The notes: generated from the sequence alone by a model not told the origin. Counted from the first letter of the stretch, positions 12,830-24,206 are shown. The stretch is 64,000 bases of DNA from Botryllus schlosseri (GCA_051294905.1 CM119376.1:5456001-5520000), one strand, 5' to 3'. Numbers and translations: made by a program.

Positions 12830-14939
12830 CTACGCCAAATAGGTAGAATATAAGCCACAAGTGTATAAAGTGCTCTTCAACCATTTTAAATATATATATG
12901 TCCATAAACTAAGAGAGGATTCTAATCGAGTCATGCCAGTAACTTCACCGCCATAAGCTCTTAGGCCAAGCAAAGGTATTTATGAAATCATGTATATTAA
13001 AACGTGGGCATGGGTTGTACACCACTGAACATTAAATTTAACCAATAACAAACACAAAAAACTAAAGCATCAAGATGATTTTTTGATGCCCAATTCCAGG
13101 GCTTTTGAAACTGCGGGTCCCCAACCTGAATTTACGTTTCAAGACCTTCCGGTTTGGGTTGCAAAATACTATCGATTTAACATGAATAAAAGCATCGCAA
13201 TAATGAAATTTTAATTGATTTGTTGTTCTCAATACAGGGCATTAGGTTTCATAGCGAATTGATATATTTATCCGCCAATAAGTTTTATACATGAAGTTTC
13301 ATATATTCATTCATTTATATATATTTTTATCGGTCCAATAATACACTAGATACCAGTATCGATTAAATGAGAAACTACGATGTTTCACTCCTGCAATTGA
13401 CACAAGAGCAATCAATCCTTCAATATTGATATTTATTGTATGGTATTTTTGATGAAATAACATCACTAATAAATTACTTTATCTTGAGACTTCAAAGCAG
13501 TTTTTTAGTCTCGCTGAAAAGGATTTCGGAATCTCTGCTCTTTTGTATTAAATCTGCCATCGATAGCATGTTTGTGTCTGAGTGGAGCTGTAGTATGCCT
13601 GGGAATTGATGTAGTGAGATAGGTTGTGTTTCGCAGATCGCATCCTACTGGGAAGCTTCCTGTACAGAGGCTAGTGACAAGAATTCAGGCTGCAACGGCG
13701 TGAAAATACAAAAATAGCAATCAAACGTGGCGCTTGGCATTCAACTCGAGACCAAATGCTTCCAATGCCACCTCATAGATAGCCAATGAGGAATTAGTTG
13801 AAACCTGTCTGCTTCATAGTAGCAACAACAAAGCAATACGTAAACTCGTTCCAATTTCAAACTGGCATGACAACTGAAGTTAATAAGAAATCTCCACACT
13901 TTAGATTCATCATCATTTCTGTGGTAATAACTTACATGGGCGTAATCAATTAAATATATATTCCACTGTATTTAAATTATAGTCTACCTGATACCATATT
14001 TTAACCAATTATTACGAATCAACATCTTGGACAAATTGAGTCAATATTGGCAAAGCACTAAACAAAATTTTACAATGTCAGCTACATCCCTGTCAATTAC
14101 AGTAACAAAAGTTATTATACGGCAATCAATAAGTGCCCGGCAGATCGGAGCATGAGAATAGCGAATGTCTGTACAGAAAGCTTGGCTTGTTTCGCGCTAC
14201 ACAGTTCTGCTGTAGCAATTGCAGAAAACCAGATATCACATTCGAATCAATATTAGAGCATAGACACATTTCATAAATAAGACTGGAATCAGAATTAGAG
14301 CAAAGAAACATTTAACAAATTATATTATAATTTGATTACCGGCACTTCGCTTTAATTAGTCTAGTTAGGAAACTAGAATCAACTAGCTGTGCAAGTCTGC
14401 CTAAGAAATTAGGCCTATCCAAGTTACATGTAAAAACACAACTCCACTTGTATCAAGGAAATAACAATCACACTAGGGACTTCCCCAGCTGGGTATTTAC
14501 CCAAAAAAGCGGCTGAACAATAAAGGCCAATCAATTTCCACCGGTTTACATTTACACTGAACGTGAAAGCTTTGATTATTTTTGATAGGTTTGATGGATT
14601 TTGTTATGAATTTTCTTTGAAGAGCATACTATTGGTATGAATTGGGAATTTACTGTAAAATAATAAAAGATGATACACTTAAGGAAATCAGCAATCACAG
14701 TGATTCAGAGCAGCGCAGATAACCACATGTCAGATCCAATGGCAAAGATTTTAATATCAAGATTATAAGTCTTTTCACGGAATGTTCAAAGCACAATGAA
14801 TCACAGACCATAGGAGTGGCAAAGTAGGCTACTATATACATACGACCATATTGAAATAAAGCCAAATATTTTCCGCTGAAACTCATCAGGGGTAACCGTC
14901 AGCAGCTAGTAGAGAATTGGAAATTATAAACAAAAATAC

Positions 14940-15020
14940 CTGAAAGTCAAAAAACATGCTGTATCGTCTGTAAATAACGATGTCGCTCCCATCATTCCAA
15001 GACACATTGATGATGTACAC
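14940..15020 (-). CDS. SH3PXD2: SH3PXD2/Tks-like gene, exon 2 (PX domain)
   Basis: ttttggcag|GTG...TTTCAG|gtattt; VYIINVSWNDGSDIVIYRRYSMFFDFQ; 81 bp. Confidence 0.93.
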
Positions 15021-15178
15021 CTGCCAAAAAAATTGACATTCGCTCAGGACATCAGGTGCATGGAATGGTATTCAGAGACAGCCATACCAACGAAATTGCA
15101 GCAAATGAAGTCACAGCAGTGTGCGAAATAGAGCAACAGACTATATAGCATGGTTAAATGAAAATTATTAGCACTTAC

Positions 15179-15265
15179 ATAATGCTTCGACGGAGATCGA
15201 CGCTTCTCAAAATCCACGACTTCGACCTCTTTCAGTCTCCTCCTATTCGGAGTAACACAATGCAT
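15179..15265 (-). CDS. SH3PXD2: SH3PXD2/Tks-like gene, first coding exon
   Basis: ATG at 15265: MHCVTPNRRRLKEVEVVDFEKRRSPSKHY|gtaagt, resembling the Tks4/5 N-terminus (V.DV.KRR.P.KHY); the exact start codon is uncertain. Confidence 0.85.
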
Positions 15266-16313
15266 TTCGTACAAATTACCGTGATAAATATAACAACTAA
15301 TTAGACATCACTGTTTCAACACAATATTTTTTGATTCAAGAATCACACAGAAATCCAGGACAGATTGTGAGGTATAATATATATATTCCTGCTCAACAAT
15401 CAATGTGAATAATTCTAAAACGGTCTCAAAATTGCCTTTTACTCCTTCACATTACATAGATGTGCCTAAAGCATGAAATACATAGGAAATATAGAATAGA
15501 GGCGATCACTTGTATGCAATGCAGTTCTATGAAACATGATTCATAACAAAAATTCATTGATTCAGTGAAGTAATATCACATGACATTTCATCCTTCAGAG
15601 TATTATTTATGTATAGACCTACGACTATTTGGTATTGGCCTCTATCTATGCATATACCAATGGTTTAAAACCTTTTTCTACTCAGTAACTCCTAGGTTAT
15701 ACCCAACACAGTTGACTTGGAAATAATCAAGTAACCAAGGCAAAGGGAAAATTTTTTTTGCAAGAAATTCAGAAAATATTGCAACAGTAGAAGTTAGCTC
15801 TGATGAGGTGGCGACCATAGACTACTCCAAGTCGCTTAGACACCTTCCTATCTTTTCATTGCATTGCAATTTTGTGGTATTGAACTGATAAATAATTGCA
15901 AATAAGTGAAATAAACCAACCAATACTTTAAGTACCATTGCGATTAATAAACTGCAAACATTAGCAACACCTCTATGATTACATGATTACAGAGACTGAT
16001 TTGGGTTTGAGAAACATCATCTTCCCTCTCACCTTTAAATGCCCGCTACACAGGACGTTAGGAAAGTTACGCTACACTTGACTTACGATAGTAAACCCAG
16101 CAGCTACAAGGCAAGGAATACGCCGTCTGTTGCAGACTTCGACGTCAAGCCGCAATCTGACAGCTGACTTGAGAAGGCCGCCCATCTTATTTCAGATCAA
16201 AACATTTGCTGCCGACCACCACCTAACGGACCAGTGTGCCGTGCAGGTAGGTTAGCAATCCACGGTGAAGGTGAGCGGAAATATTCGTTGCTAGTTCCAT
16301 AGCACCATAGTAG

Positions 16314-16345
16314 AATAGCAATTTACAACGTCGTAAATTGCTATG
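16314..16345. mobile_element. Micro-insertion family mu2, 32 bp
   Basis: AATAGCAATTTACAACGTCGTAAATTGCTATG hairpin flanked by a perfect 7-bp direct repeat ATAGTAG (16307-16313, 16346-16352); related copy at 30510. Confidence 0.7.
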
Positions 16346-16812
16346 ATAGTAGTTTACAAAAATGACCATGGTAACAGGACATTGAATCAATAAATTTTAT
16401 GGTCTGGGAGGTCGTTACGTATTCAGATGCATAGTGCGCTGGCTTGAGACGGTATCGACTTCGTACAAACATTTCAGTAACTCGCGATAATCGATTCTTA
16501 TTTGAATACCATACTGTTTAGTGTAACTAGTGTATACAATATACATATGCTTGGTAGTTGACTGATTTTTTAATGTATTGTCTTTCGCTCGCGTTTTTCA
16601 ATATTGAATATTGATGATCACGCTTAGTAACATCCCAGTGTGTTTAGTAAAAATATATATGGCTTAAAATATACATGGTTTTTATTTCTATAATTTCCAG
16701 TCGATACGGTTTCCACATTCCACTCCACGAAACAATGCAATGACCGGAGATTGAGGTTGACGGCGAAATCCGGCAATGCGTGATCACTTGACCGTAACTG
16801 ATCTAAATATTC

Positions 16813-16826
16813 GTGACCATAGCAAC
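16813..16826 (+). promoter_or_regulatory. RFX X-box upstream of CFAP251
   Basis: GTGACCATAGCAAC, 13/14 to the X-box consensus GTYNCYATRGYAAC, ends 86 bp before the ATG of a motile-cilium gene; second candidate ATGACCATGGTAAC at 16362-16375. Confidence 0.55.
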
Positions 16827-16911
16827 GAGCTAACGCATTGGATAAGATATCCACAGTTCTCAGGAATCGGGAAGACTGCTTGAGGCTTATCGTCTAACGC
16901 AGGTTAGCAAA

Positions 16912-19900
16912 ATGTCTGATCATGGCGAGGATAGTGAGATGGTAACCGCACAGACACCCGATGAAGCAACAGATGAAAATTTAGAAGATCGACCTGCCGA
17001 GACGCCGGTAAAAATGGAACAGCAAGAACAAGATGCTGAAAAACCCACAGTAGGCAATGAAGTTGAAAATCAAGTAAAAGATGCAGATCAAGCGCCGGCA
17101 GAAGCTGATGTCGCTCCTCTCGAGAGTACTTCAGCAGATACAACCGATATGAAACAACCTTCTCCAACCGAGCAAGAGGACATCACAGTTGACAAACCAG
17201 ACACAGCTGTTGAGAAGGAGAATGCTGTTGAAAAGACTGATGGCGATGAAGAGAACGCCCAAAACTCTCAAGGCACACAATTAAATCAGTCGCAAAATGT
17301 AGTGGAAAATGATAACAGTGAAAAGATTGCAAATGAACAAGGTCCTGAAGTAGCGTCAACAGCAGAACCTCAAAATTTAGAAGTAGCAACTGATGGTGAC
17401 GGTGATACAGAAGTGGATAAAAATGTGGAACCATTGTCAGAAAAGAAAGAAGATGACGCAGAGAAGAATTCGAACAACACCGATCAAAGTGTAGTTACTG
17501 AAAGTAATGCTGAACAGAATGTTGAAGTCGCAGACCAGACTAACGTCAATCCAGATGATGCTATTGCAGAATCTGGCTCTGTACAAGATGAACCACCGAA
17601 AACTGATGAAAATCAAGCATCTAGTGACAATGTTGATAATTCTGAAAATCCTAAGGAAGTGATCACAGAAGAAACTAGCTCGCCTCAAACTCCAGCCAAA
17701 GATGAAGAAATCAAACCATCCGGAGATGAGATCAAGGATGCTGGCGATGTAAGCGGAGTTACAGAAAAAGATGAAGCGGTTGAAAAACCATCCACTCCTC
17801 CAGTGCAAGGGGAGGAAGTTGAAGCTAAAGATGCAGGTGACATAGGCGTAGACGAGTCAAAGCAGACTCAAGAACCGCTCGCGGAATCGTCCGAAGTCGC
17901 AATAACTCCTTCAGCAGGACTACCTAATGAGTCTCGTCCTAACAGCAAACCCTCTTATCCAACTCCACCTCCAGCTCCTCATGTCCGCGATAAATCAGTC
18001 GTCGATGGCGCCGTCTCGCATAACTTACTAGATCCATTCAAGGAAGACGAACAAACCCTTCCTTTGAGTCTCAATTGGACTTTTGGCTTCAATCGCCACA
18101 TCGGATGTTTAAATCTATCCGATAGCTCCCGTAATCTGGTGATGTACGCTTCTTCGCATGTTGCGGTGTTACTGGACTTTGAAAACAACGTACAGAAACT
18201 GCTGTTGGGGCATGCGAACGTTATCACATGCATAGACTGCAGTGCGGATAAAAGATGGTTGGTCAGCGGTGATAAAGGTGAAAATAGCTCCGTCATAATT
18301 TGGGATTCATACACGGGTATACCGGTTCAAACCATTTTCGACGTACCAGGCGGTAAAGGTACGGCAGCCGTTGCTATGTCCTCAAGCGCAAAGTATATCA
18401 TCACTTTAAGCGCGACCACCCCGCAAATAGTAAGCGTGTGGGATTGGACCACTTCAGGAGATTTTCCGATTTGCTCGATCGATCTGCCTGTAGACTTTGG
18501 CGTACAAACTAAAGTCGCGTTTTGTCACAATGACGACGAGCAATTCGCAACTAATAGCGATATTCAAGTGATTTTTTTCTCGTGGTCCAGCGGAGAATTG
18601 GAATACCACGCGCCTTACTTGTCAGACGACGTGTTTAATAGGATTGTCGGCACTTTTAGTCATACTATGTATCAACTTGACGACATACGAGCTCTGACTG
18701 GTACCTCTCAAGGAAATATTGTGGTGTGGGAACCTGAAAGATCGAACAAGATAGGAATGGAAACTCCAGCCATACGAAAACGAGCTTTAAAACTAGTCCG
18801 ACTTCAAGAACGGGCTATTACCACATTGTCCTTCACCAATGGATATATTATCACTGGGGATGTAACAGGAGCTATCAAGTTTTACGATGCAAATTTGGAC
18901 TTGCACAGTTGGCATAGTAGTAATACCCAAATGGGACCGATCACGTCAATATCTTTCAAATACGACCCTGACTTCAATACTGAACTATTGGCAGACAGTA
19001 ATGTCTACCCCACTGATGCTACAATTGCCGGGAACCCGTTTATTGTCCGCGATTTTCTGGCATCTACGAAACACGCAGAAATATTCAGTGTTCACGCCGA
19101 CGGAAGCAGTGTTGATACAATCTTGCAGGAGCACGACGCTGCTGTACATGCGATCGCGGTGTCATCAACAAAACCGTGGATTTGTATTGGAAGTTACGCC
19201 GGATTGCTGAAGGTTTGGAATTATGAAACGAAGCAATGCTTGGTGACGAGGATATTCGAGAAAGGAAGCAATATCCAATGCCTCACTTTTGATACATTGG
19301 GTTTGGAAATTGCGATCGGTATGACCAACGGTTCAGTTCATGTCGTCGATGCCTTGAGTCTCACAGACTTGGTGGAGAGACCGTTCCGTTACGCGAGGGA
19401 TGCAGTAACACACATTGCTTTTTCTCACAATTCAAGATTCCTAGCAACCGCCGACGCAGACATGGTAACTACGGTGTTTGAAAACGATACCAGTTGCGGA
19501 TGGAAATATCTGGGAAGATATCGAGCTCATTACAAGCCTATCAGAGATTTATCATTCGGCGTTGCGCTGGATACGAACCTCCCGAGACTGTTGACTCTCG
19601 GAGAGGACAGGGCGATGGTTGAATACGATCTGGCTAACAGTTCGAAAGACGATCTGCGTCTGATATCGATCGATAGGATAGAGCAAAGCGCCGTGCCCAG
19701 CTGTATAGCCTGGTATCCAGACGTGACAAAGGAAAGCTTTTTGTTAATGGCAAACGATAAATATAAGTACAAGCTATTCAACACGACTACGAAAATGTGC
19801 CGGAAAACATTGCTGGCACCCACGTACGGCTCGCATCTCCAAAAAATGCTTCCGTTGCCGGCTGGTAACAATAGCAAGGCAAGACTGCTTTCTTACGTTA

Positions 19901-20736
19901 CGAAATACAAAGTAGGCTTGCAACTACTCCCTTTGGACGGCAACCCGCACAAATCAATCGCAGTGGTTGCTCACCCAAGCGGCGTTTCACATTTGTCTGC
20001 GTCGCACGACGGAAAATATTTATTCACAGCGGGCGGGAAAGATTCGTGCGTTCATATGTGGTCGATATCGACAAACGCGTTGGAGGCTGCTTCATCTCTC
20101 GGCGGTGAAGGGCTGACGCCATTTTACGGCCTTCTAGAAGGCGGTAGAGACGGAGAATTATTTGCGGAGCTGGAAAATTATTTTTATTTCGCACAACTTC
20201 GCAGTCAAGGCTTAGACACAACCGAAGCCCGGGAAGTCAGCACTGTAATCCCGCTCGAGCAAATACCGTTTGTCATGAGAGCCTTGGGGTTTTATCCGTC
20301 GGAACAAGAGATCGAGGATATGCTAAACGAGGTTAAGTTTTCTGAATACGTGGAAACGGGACAATACGTGACCGAAATCAATTTGGGAGACTTCATCAAA
20401 TTGTACGTAAATCACAGGCCTGCGTTCGGGTTATCGCCCGATGAAATCGACCAAGCTTTCAACACTTTGAGCCGTCTGTCTAAAGACAGCGCGGGAAACA
20501 TCGGAAAACAACAGCTACTTAACATCTTACAGCGCCGAGGCGAACACATGACCGAGCACGAACTATCGGAATGTCTGGGAACCTTGCTCGGAGTGACTTC
20601 GGAAGGCGGGACCACGGAGCTTGATATCGACCCGGATAAAGATACACTGGGCAAATATTTGGACGAGATATTACCGGACGAAATTTCCGCTCCAATGTTT
20701 GCAGAGGAAATACTGGGATTGCCCGTGAACGAGTGA
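16912..20736 (+). CDS. CFAP251: Cilia- and flagella-associated protein 251 (WDR66), intronless, 1274 aa
   Basis: Acidic low-complexity N-terminus, WD40 repeats (LSLNWTFGFN, LLLGHANVITCI, GRYRAHYKPIRDL), EF-hand-like C-terminus (IPFVMRALGFYPSEQEIEDMLNEVKFSEY...FIKLYVNHRP); AATAAA at 20795-20800. Confidence 0.95.
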   Translation: MSDHGEDSEMVTAQTPDEATDENLEDRPAETPVKMEQQEQDAEKPTVGNEVENQVKDADQAPAEADVAPLESTSADTTDMKQPSPTEQEDITVDKPDTAVEKENAVEKTDGDEENAQNSQGTQLNQSQNVVENDNSEKIANEQGPEVASTAEPQNLEVATDGDGDTEVDKNVEPLSEKKEDDAEKNSNNTDQSVVTESNAEQNVEVADQTNVNPDDAIAESGSVQDEPPKTDENQASSDNVDNSENPKEVITEETSSPQTPAKDEEIKPSGDEIKDAGDVSGVTEKDEAVEKPSTPPVQGEEVEAKDAGDIGVDESKQTQEPLAESSEVAITPSAGLPNESRPNSKPSYPTPPPAPHVRDKSVVDGAVSHNLLDPFKEDEQTLPLSLNWTFGFNRHIGCLNLSDSSRNLVMYASSHVAVLLDFENNVQKLLLGHANVITCIDCSADKRWLVSGDKGENSSVIIWDSYTGIPVQTIFDVPGGKGTAAVAMSSSAKYIITLSATTPQIVSVWDWTTSGDFPICSIDLPVDFGVQTKVAFCHNDDEQFATNSDIQVIFFSWSSGELEYHAPYLSDDVFNRIVGTFSHTMYQLDDIRALTGTSQGNIVVWEPERSNKIGMETPAIRKRALKLVRLQERAITTLSFTNGYIITGDVTGAIKFYDANLDLHSWHSSNTQMGPITSISFKYDPDFNTELLADSNVYPTDATIAGNPFIVRDFLASTKHAEIFSVHADGSSVDTILQEHDAAVHAIAVSSTKPWICIGSYAGLLKVWNYETKQCLVTRIFEKGSNIQCLTFDTLGLEIAIGMTNGSVHVVDALSLTDLVERPFRYARDAVTHIAFSHNSRFLATADADMVTTVFENDTSCGWKYLGRYRAHYKPIRDLSFGVALDTNLPRLLTLGEDRAMVEYDLANSSKDDLRLISIDRIEQSAVPSCIAWYPDVTKESFLLMANDKYKYKLFNTTTKMCRKTLLAPTYGSHLQKMLPLPAGNNSKARLLSYVTKYKVGLQLLPLDGNPHKSIAVVAHPSGVSHLSASHDGKYLFTAGGKDSCVHMWSISTNALEAASSLGGEGLTPFYGLLEGGRDGELFAELENYFYFAQLRSQGLDTTEAREVSTVIPLEQIPFVMRALGFYPSEQEIEDMLNEVKFSEYVETGQYVTEINLGDFIKLYVNHRPAFGLSPDEIDQAFNTLSRLSKDSAGNIGKQQLLNILQRRGEHMTEHELSECLGTLLGVTSEGGTTELDIDPDKDTLGKYLDEILPDEISAPMFAEEILGLPVNE

Positions 20737-20869
20737 ATGCGCGGCGTGTGAAAATCTCCTATGAGCGTGTTAATAATCTGCTGAGTCTTTTTTTAATAAA
20801 GTATATATATATTTCAAATGCATCTATGATTATTTCTTTGATGCCCAGTTTTGCTGCCATTCAGTTTTA

Positions 20870-21037
20870 ATTAAATAGTATATTCATATTGAAATGAACC
20901 CGAATATTTTCGGCTGACACTCATCAGGGGTAATCGTCAGCAACTAGACGAGTGTCAGCCGAAAATATTCGGGTTCATTTCAATATGAATATACTATTTA
21001 ATTGTATATTGAAGTTCTGTACCTCCAAGAAGCTCTT
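20870..21037 (+). mobile_element. Family D hammerhead-bearing retroposon-like insertion, best-preserved copy
   Basis: Perfect 12-bp flanking direct repeat CATTCAGTTTTA (20858-20869, 21038-21049); 54-bp perfect inverted arms; right end AAGAAGCTCTT. Confidence 0.8.
20898..20931 (-). ncRNA. Minimal type I hammerhead ribozyme motif
   Basis: Minus strand reads ACCC-CUGAUGA-G-UGUCAGC-C-GAAA-AUAU-UC/GGGU: full catalytic core, 4-bp stem I, 1-bp stem II, palindromic AAUAUU stem III; predicted cleavage between 20902 and 20901. Confidence 0.75.
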
Positions 21038-22086
21038 CATTCAGTTTTAGTTGATTATTAACAATTTTATCAGATCCATGCACCACAAGATTGGGATACA
21101 ATGAAAAGATAGGGAGGAGCCTAGAGGCGGTCAAAGTAGTCAAGAAAGCTACTCAGTAGAAGTAGAAGTAACGACGGAAAATCTACTCAAGTACTAGTAT
21201 AAGTAATTCTTCCATAAGCAACCTAAAACTACTTGAAGTAGAATTGACTGACTTTAAATCTACTCAAGTAAGTAAGTAGTTGTGAAAACGATCATAATTC
21301 GTTCGCATCACTGTAGTACCCTGACAGGGCCGTAACTTCCGCACCTCAATCCCCACTTGTGGAGCGAGCTGGATGGCGGCCCATATAATTATTTTGTAAA
21401 TCGTATACATATATATAGTTAGCCTACATATGATGTTTCGGTTACGATGCGACTCCGCGAAGTGTGTTGCCAAAACGGTCGGAAATGGCAGTCGCGTTTT
21501 GGCCGTAACCTTCGATATTCAATATTGTCCATAGAATCCTCAAGGGCCCGGTCCGAATAGTCCTGTTCTGACAATTTGAACCCCACAGTACAAATGCCAC
21601 CAGAAGAGAAAATGATCCGCCCGTAAAGAAATGTAAATTTGGAGCCGTGTGCATCTTACAAATCAAGTTATTCTTTTAGTTTGGTCTTGTACGTTTGGGC
21701 GATTCCAATATCTTTTTGACTAGCTGAGGGAGGTCACGAAATTACAACATGCTGAAGATGTATAATTAATAATTGCTTGCCATAAATTTTCAAACACTCA
21801 ACCTTCCTCAGCTCTACCGGTACCGGCATGGGTGGCCCAAGACCAGCGTTTTTGGGGTTGACGAAGTGCTGTTTCGGTCACACACATCAGAATGATTACA
21901 AAAGTTGGGTTTGGTTTGATCACTCGTTATTTTGATTCTCCAGGTCGTAATCGTCAGATTATATATTTTCATCAGATCAACATACACAATGCGATGCACA
22001 AGACACAATGCGATAAAATGCACATGAACATATAGGAGGATGCCCAAACTACCAGTTGCGGTCTCTTAATCTGGCATCTACCTCAG

Positions 22087-22613
22087 CAGGGTTGTGACTT
22101 AGTCACAAGTCAACCTCACTTTTTTTAGTTTTTACTCATGTCAAGTCGAGTCATTTTCAATTCACCACCGAGTCAAGTCCGAGTCCAAGTCAGCGAGCAG
22201 AGAGTCGAGTCCGAGTCATGGTATTATGACTCGAATCCTAGTTCAGGTCATTGCGTTGACTGCTCAGTTTCAGTTAAACTCTTATTCAACCCATTGTTTG
22301 GTGATATATAGAACGGTCCGCATTTATAATATACTATTTTTTCTCACTTTTAACCGTTTCTGGTCGCATTTGTAAGTACCGCCACAAATATCTGGAATAC
22401 CAATAGGGTGGTTACGTCACAATTGTAATTGTATCACTGAGTCTCGAGTCAGATGACTTGGTCCGAGTCATTCGCAATGACTCGAGTCCAAGTCGAGTCG
22501 AGTCGAGTCATATCCGTATTTTGAGAAAATGACTTGATTCAAGTCGAGTCATCAGAAAATCGCGACTCGAGTGGGACTCGAGTCGAGTCATGACTTCAGT
22601 CATTACAACCCTG
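22087..22613. mobile_element. hAT-type MITE, family A (opposite orientation to the copy at 119)
   Basis: CAGGGTTG...CAACCCTG termini, GACTCGAGTC arrays; TSD not recognisable. Confidence 0.8.
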
Positions 22614-23399
22614 ACTGATACAAACATATTGCCCATTGGAGATATGTTTTGTTGGGGTTTCGGAATAACTTGCTTGCAAAATGAAATCCGTTTCTCATGT
22701 GATATACATATAACCGCTATTCCAGAATAACTTCATGATGAGTTGCTACATATAAATGACTAATTTGGATGTTATATTGGTGCCATAATATGTTGCGATC
22801 AGACCCAAATGTGTCGTCGGAAGCGTTATGCGCTATTATTACAATCGCCACCACCTATATCTTAGTGTATATTAATGGATTCTCGGCACTCGCTCATGTC
22901 AATTCGACGGCGCGGATTTTTAGACACGGCAGTGTATTCCAAGAAATGCAGTCATGTAATTGGCTTTGAAATAATATACGTCTTTCCGATTTCTACATAA
23001 ATATAGTATGATGTTAATTCCAAAAAAGGTCATTTTTTAGCTGTCACCAGCCAACAAATATTGCACAAGATAGATGACGATTGCACGATAATAGAGCTAA
23101 ATTTGAACTAAACTTGGGAGTCCGCGGTGGTAGGGTACGTGACGGTCCAAAGGGGGTCCGCGAAGACAAATAGGTTGAGAACCACTATCGTATTGCAATT
23201 ACAAGTACTTCGATCCGAGAATTATCAACGAAAAATTCAAAGAACTCCGCTTCTACTAGTTGTAATTGACTCAAATTTGTTTTGCATCGTCTTTGAAGAC
23301 AGCTCAACAATTTCATGGGGTTGACGAAAAAAATGGATTTTTTTTTAAATTTTTCCTAATAAATCAAATGTTTTAATTGGATCTACGGAGTCTTACACT

Positions 23400-23507
23400 T
23401 GTTGAAATTGAACCAAATTTGGTGTGCAGCGTTTTTTAGGGTTACCTGACAATTTAATCAGTGAATGGCTGGAATCCGGGAATAAAAGTTATTTTTGAAC
23501 AGCCCTA
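23400..23507. repeat. Right-end fragment of MITE family E
   Basis: aattgaaccaaatttggtg...tttttgaacagcccta matches the arm of 2679-3254. Confidence 0.6.
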
Positions 23508-23762
23508 CTACACATGCACATTGCACATGCTAGTACAAGTACATAATGAGTGAAAACTAATAGACGATACAATGAAGATTCTTTTTCCGATTTTTTCCCT
23601 AAATCACCATTACAAGGACAAAAAGTATAATGATTACATTCAATTACAATTCCGCCAACTGCGTTATCCAATAGCTTTCTCTGTCGGCTACAGTTAATTT
23701 CGCCACAGCAATGAACGGCCAATGGCGGATTACGTCATGTCTCGTCTCGCGTTCGTAGAAGC

Positions 23763-23784
23763 CAGGGATATCTAGATATCCCTG
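23763..23784. mobile_element. Micro-insertion family mu1, 22-bp perfect palindrome
   Basis: CAGGGATATCTAGATATCCCTG flanked by a perfect 8-bp direct repeat GTAGAAGC (23755-23762, 23785-23792). Confidence 0.8.
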
Positions 23785-23938
23785 GTAGAAGCATCAGACC
23801 TGACTAACGCAAACAGAAAAAGCACAAACGAGAGTTGAACAGAGCGTGACATAAACAGCAAATACCTCTGGCACTGCAATACAGTCCACTTGCTTCAGCT
23901 AGAGATTTTGTTACCGTACCATTTATTAGGCAAGCAAT

Positions 23939-23992
23939 ATGGAGCTTAGTGTTGTCGTGTTTTTTTTAGCCTTATTCGGGATCGCTGCTTCG
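23939..23992 (+). CDS. WBP1/VOPP1-like single-pass membrane protein, exon 1 (signal peptide)
   Basis: MELSVVVFFLALFGIAAS|gtaagt; CCAAT (23719-23723) and CRE-like TTACGTCA (23730-23737) upstream. Confidence 0.7.
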
Positions 23993-24206
23993 GTAAGTAA
24001 TTTAGCCCTTTGAATATTATCTTTGCGAAACTTTGCTTGACACTTGTACAGTAAAGCTTAATTTCGCTCTGTGTTGCTGTAACTCGATCAATTCGAGCTC
24101 TATTTCGTCAATCTTGTTTCGCAATATTGCGATAGTGGGCAGGATTAAAACGCATGCCTAGCGCAATATCTATGATAATTGTTAATCATTTGTGTTTCTT
24201 TTTCAG

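Noticed and set aside
15795-15840. CTGATGAG as a second hammerhead family
   Set aside because: No downstream GAAA or UH in the right geometry.
16904-20654. Short antisense or alternate-frame ORFs over CFAP251; likewise over VIRMA, gag-pol and CTNNBL1
   Set aside because: Explained by codon bias of the real CDS.
20870-21037. Classical L1-style twin priming as the cause of family D inversions
   Set aside because: The inverted and forward segments overlap by more than 50 bp, whereas twin priming inverts non-overlapping parts; no poly(A) tail.
21120-21280. AGTAG/CTACT-rich tracts (also ~39085-39135, ~44500-44560, ~56880-57010, ~60015-60140)
   Set aside because: Probably fragments of another hAT family, but I could not pair ends or find TSDs.
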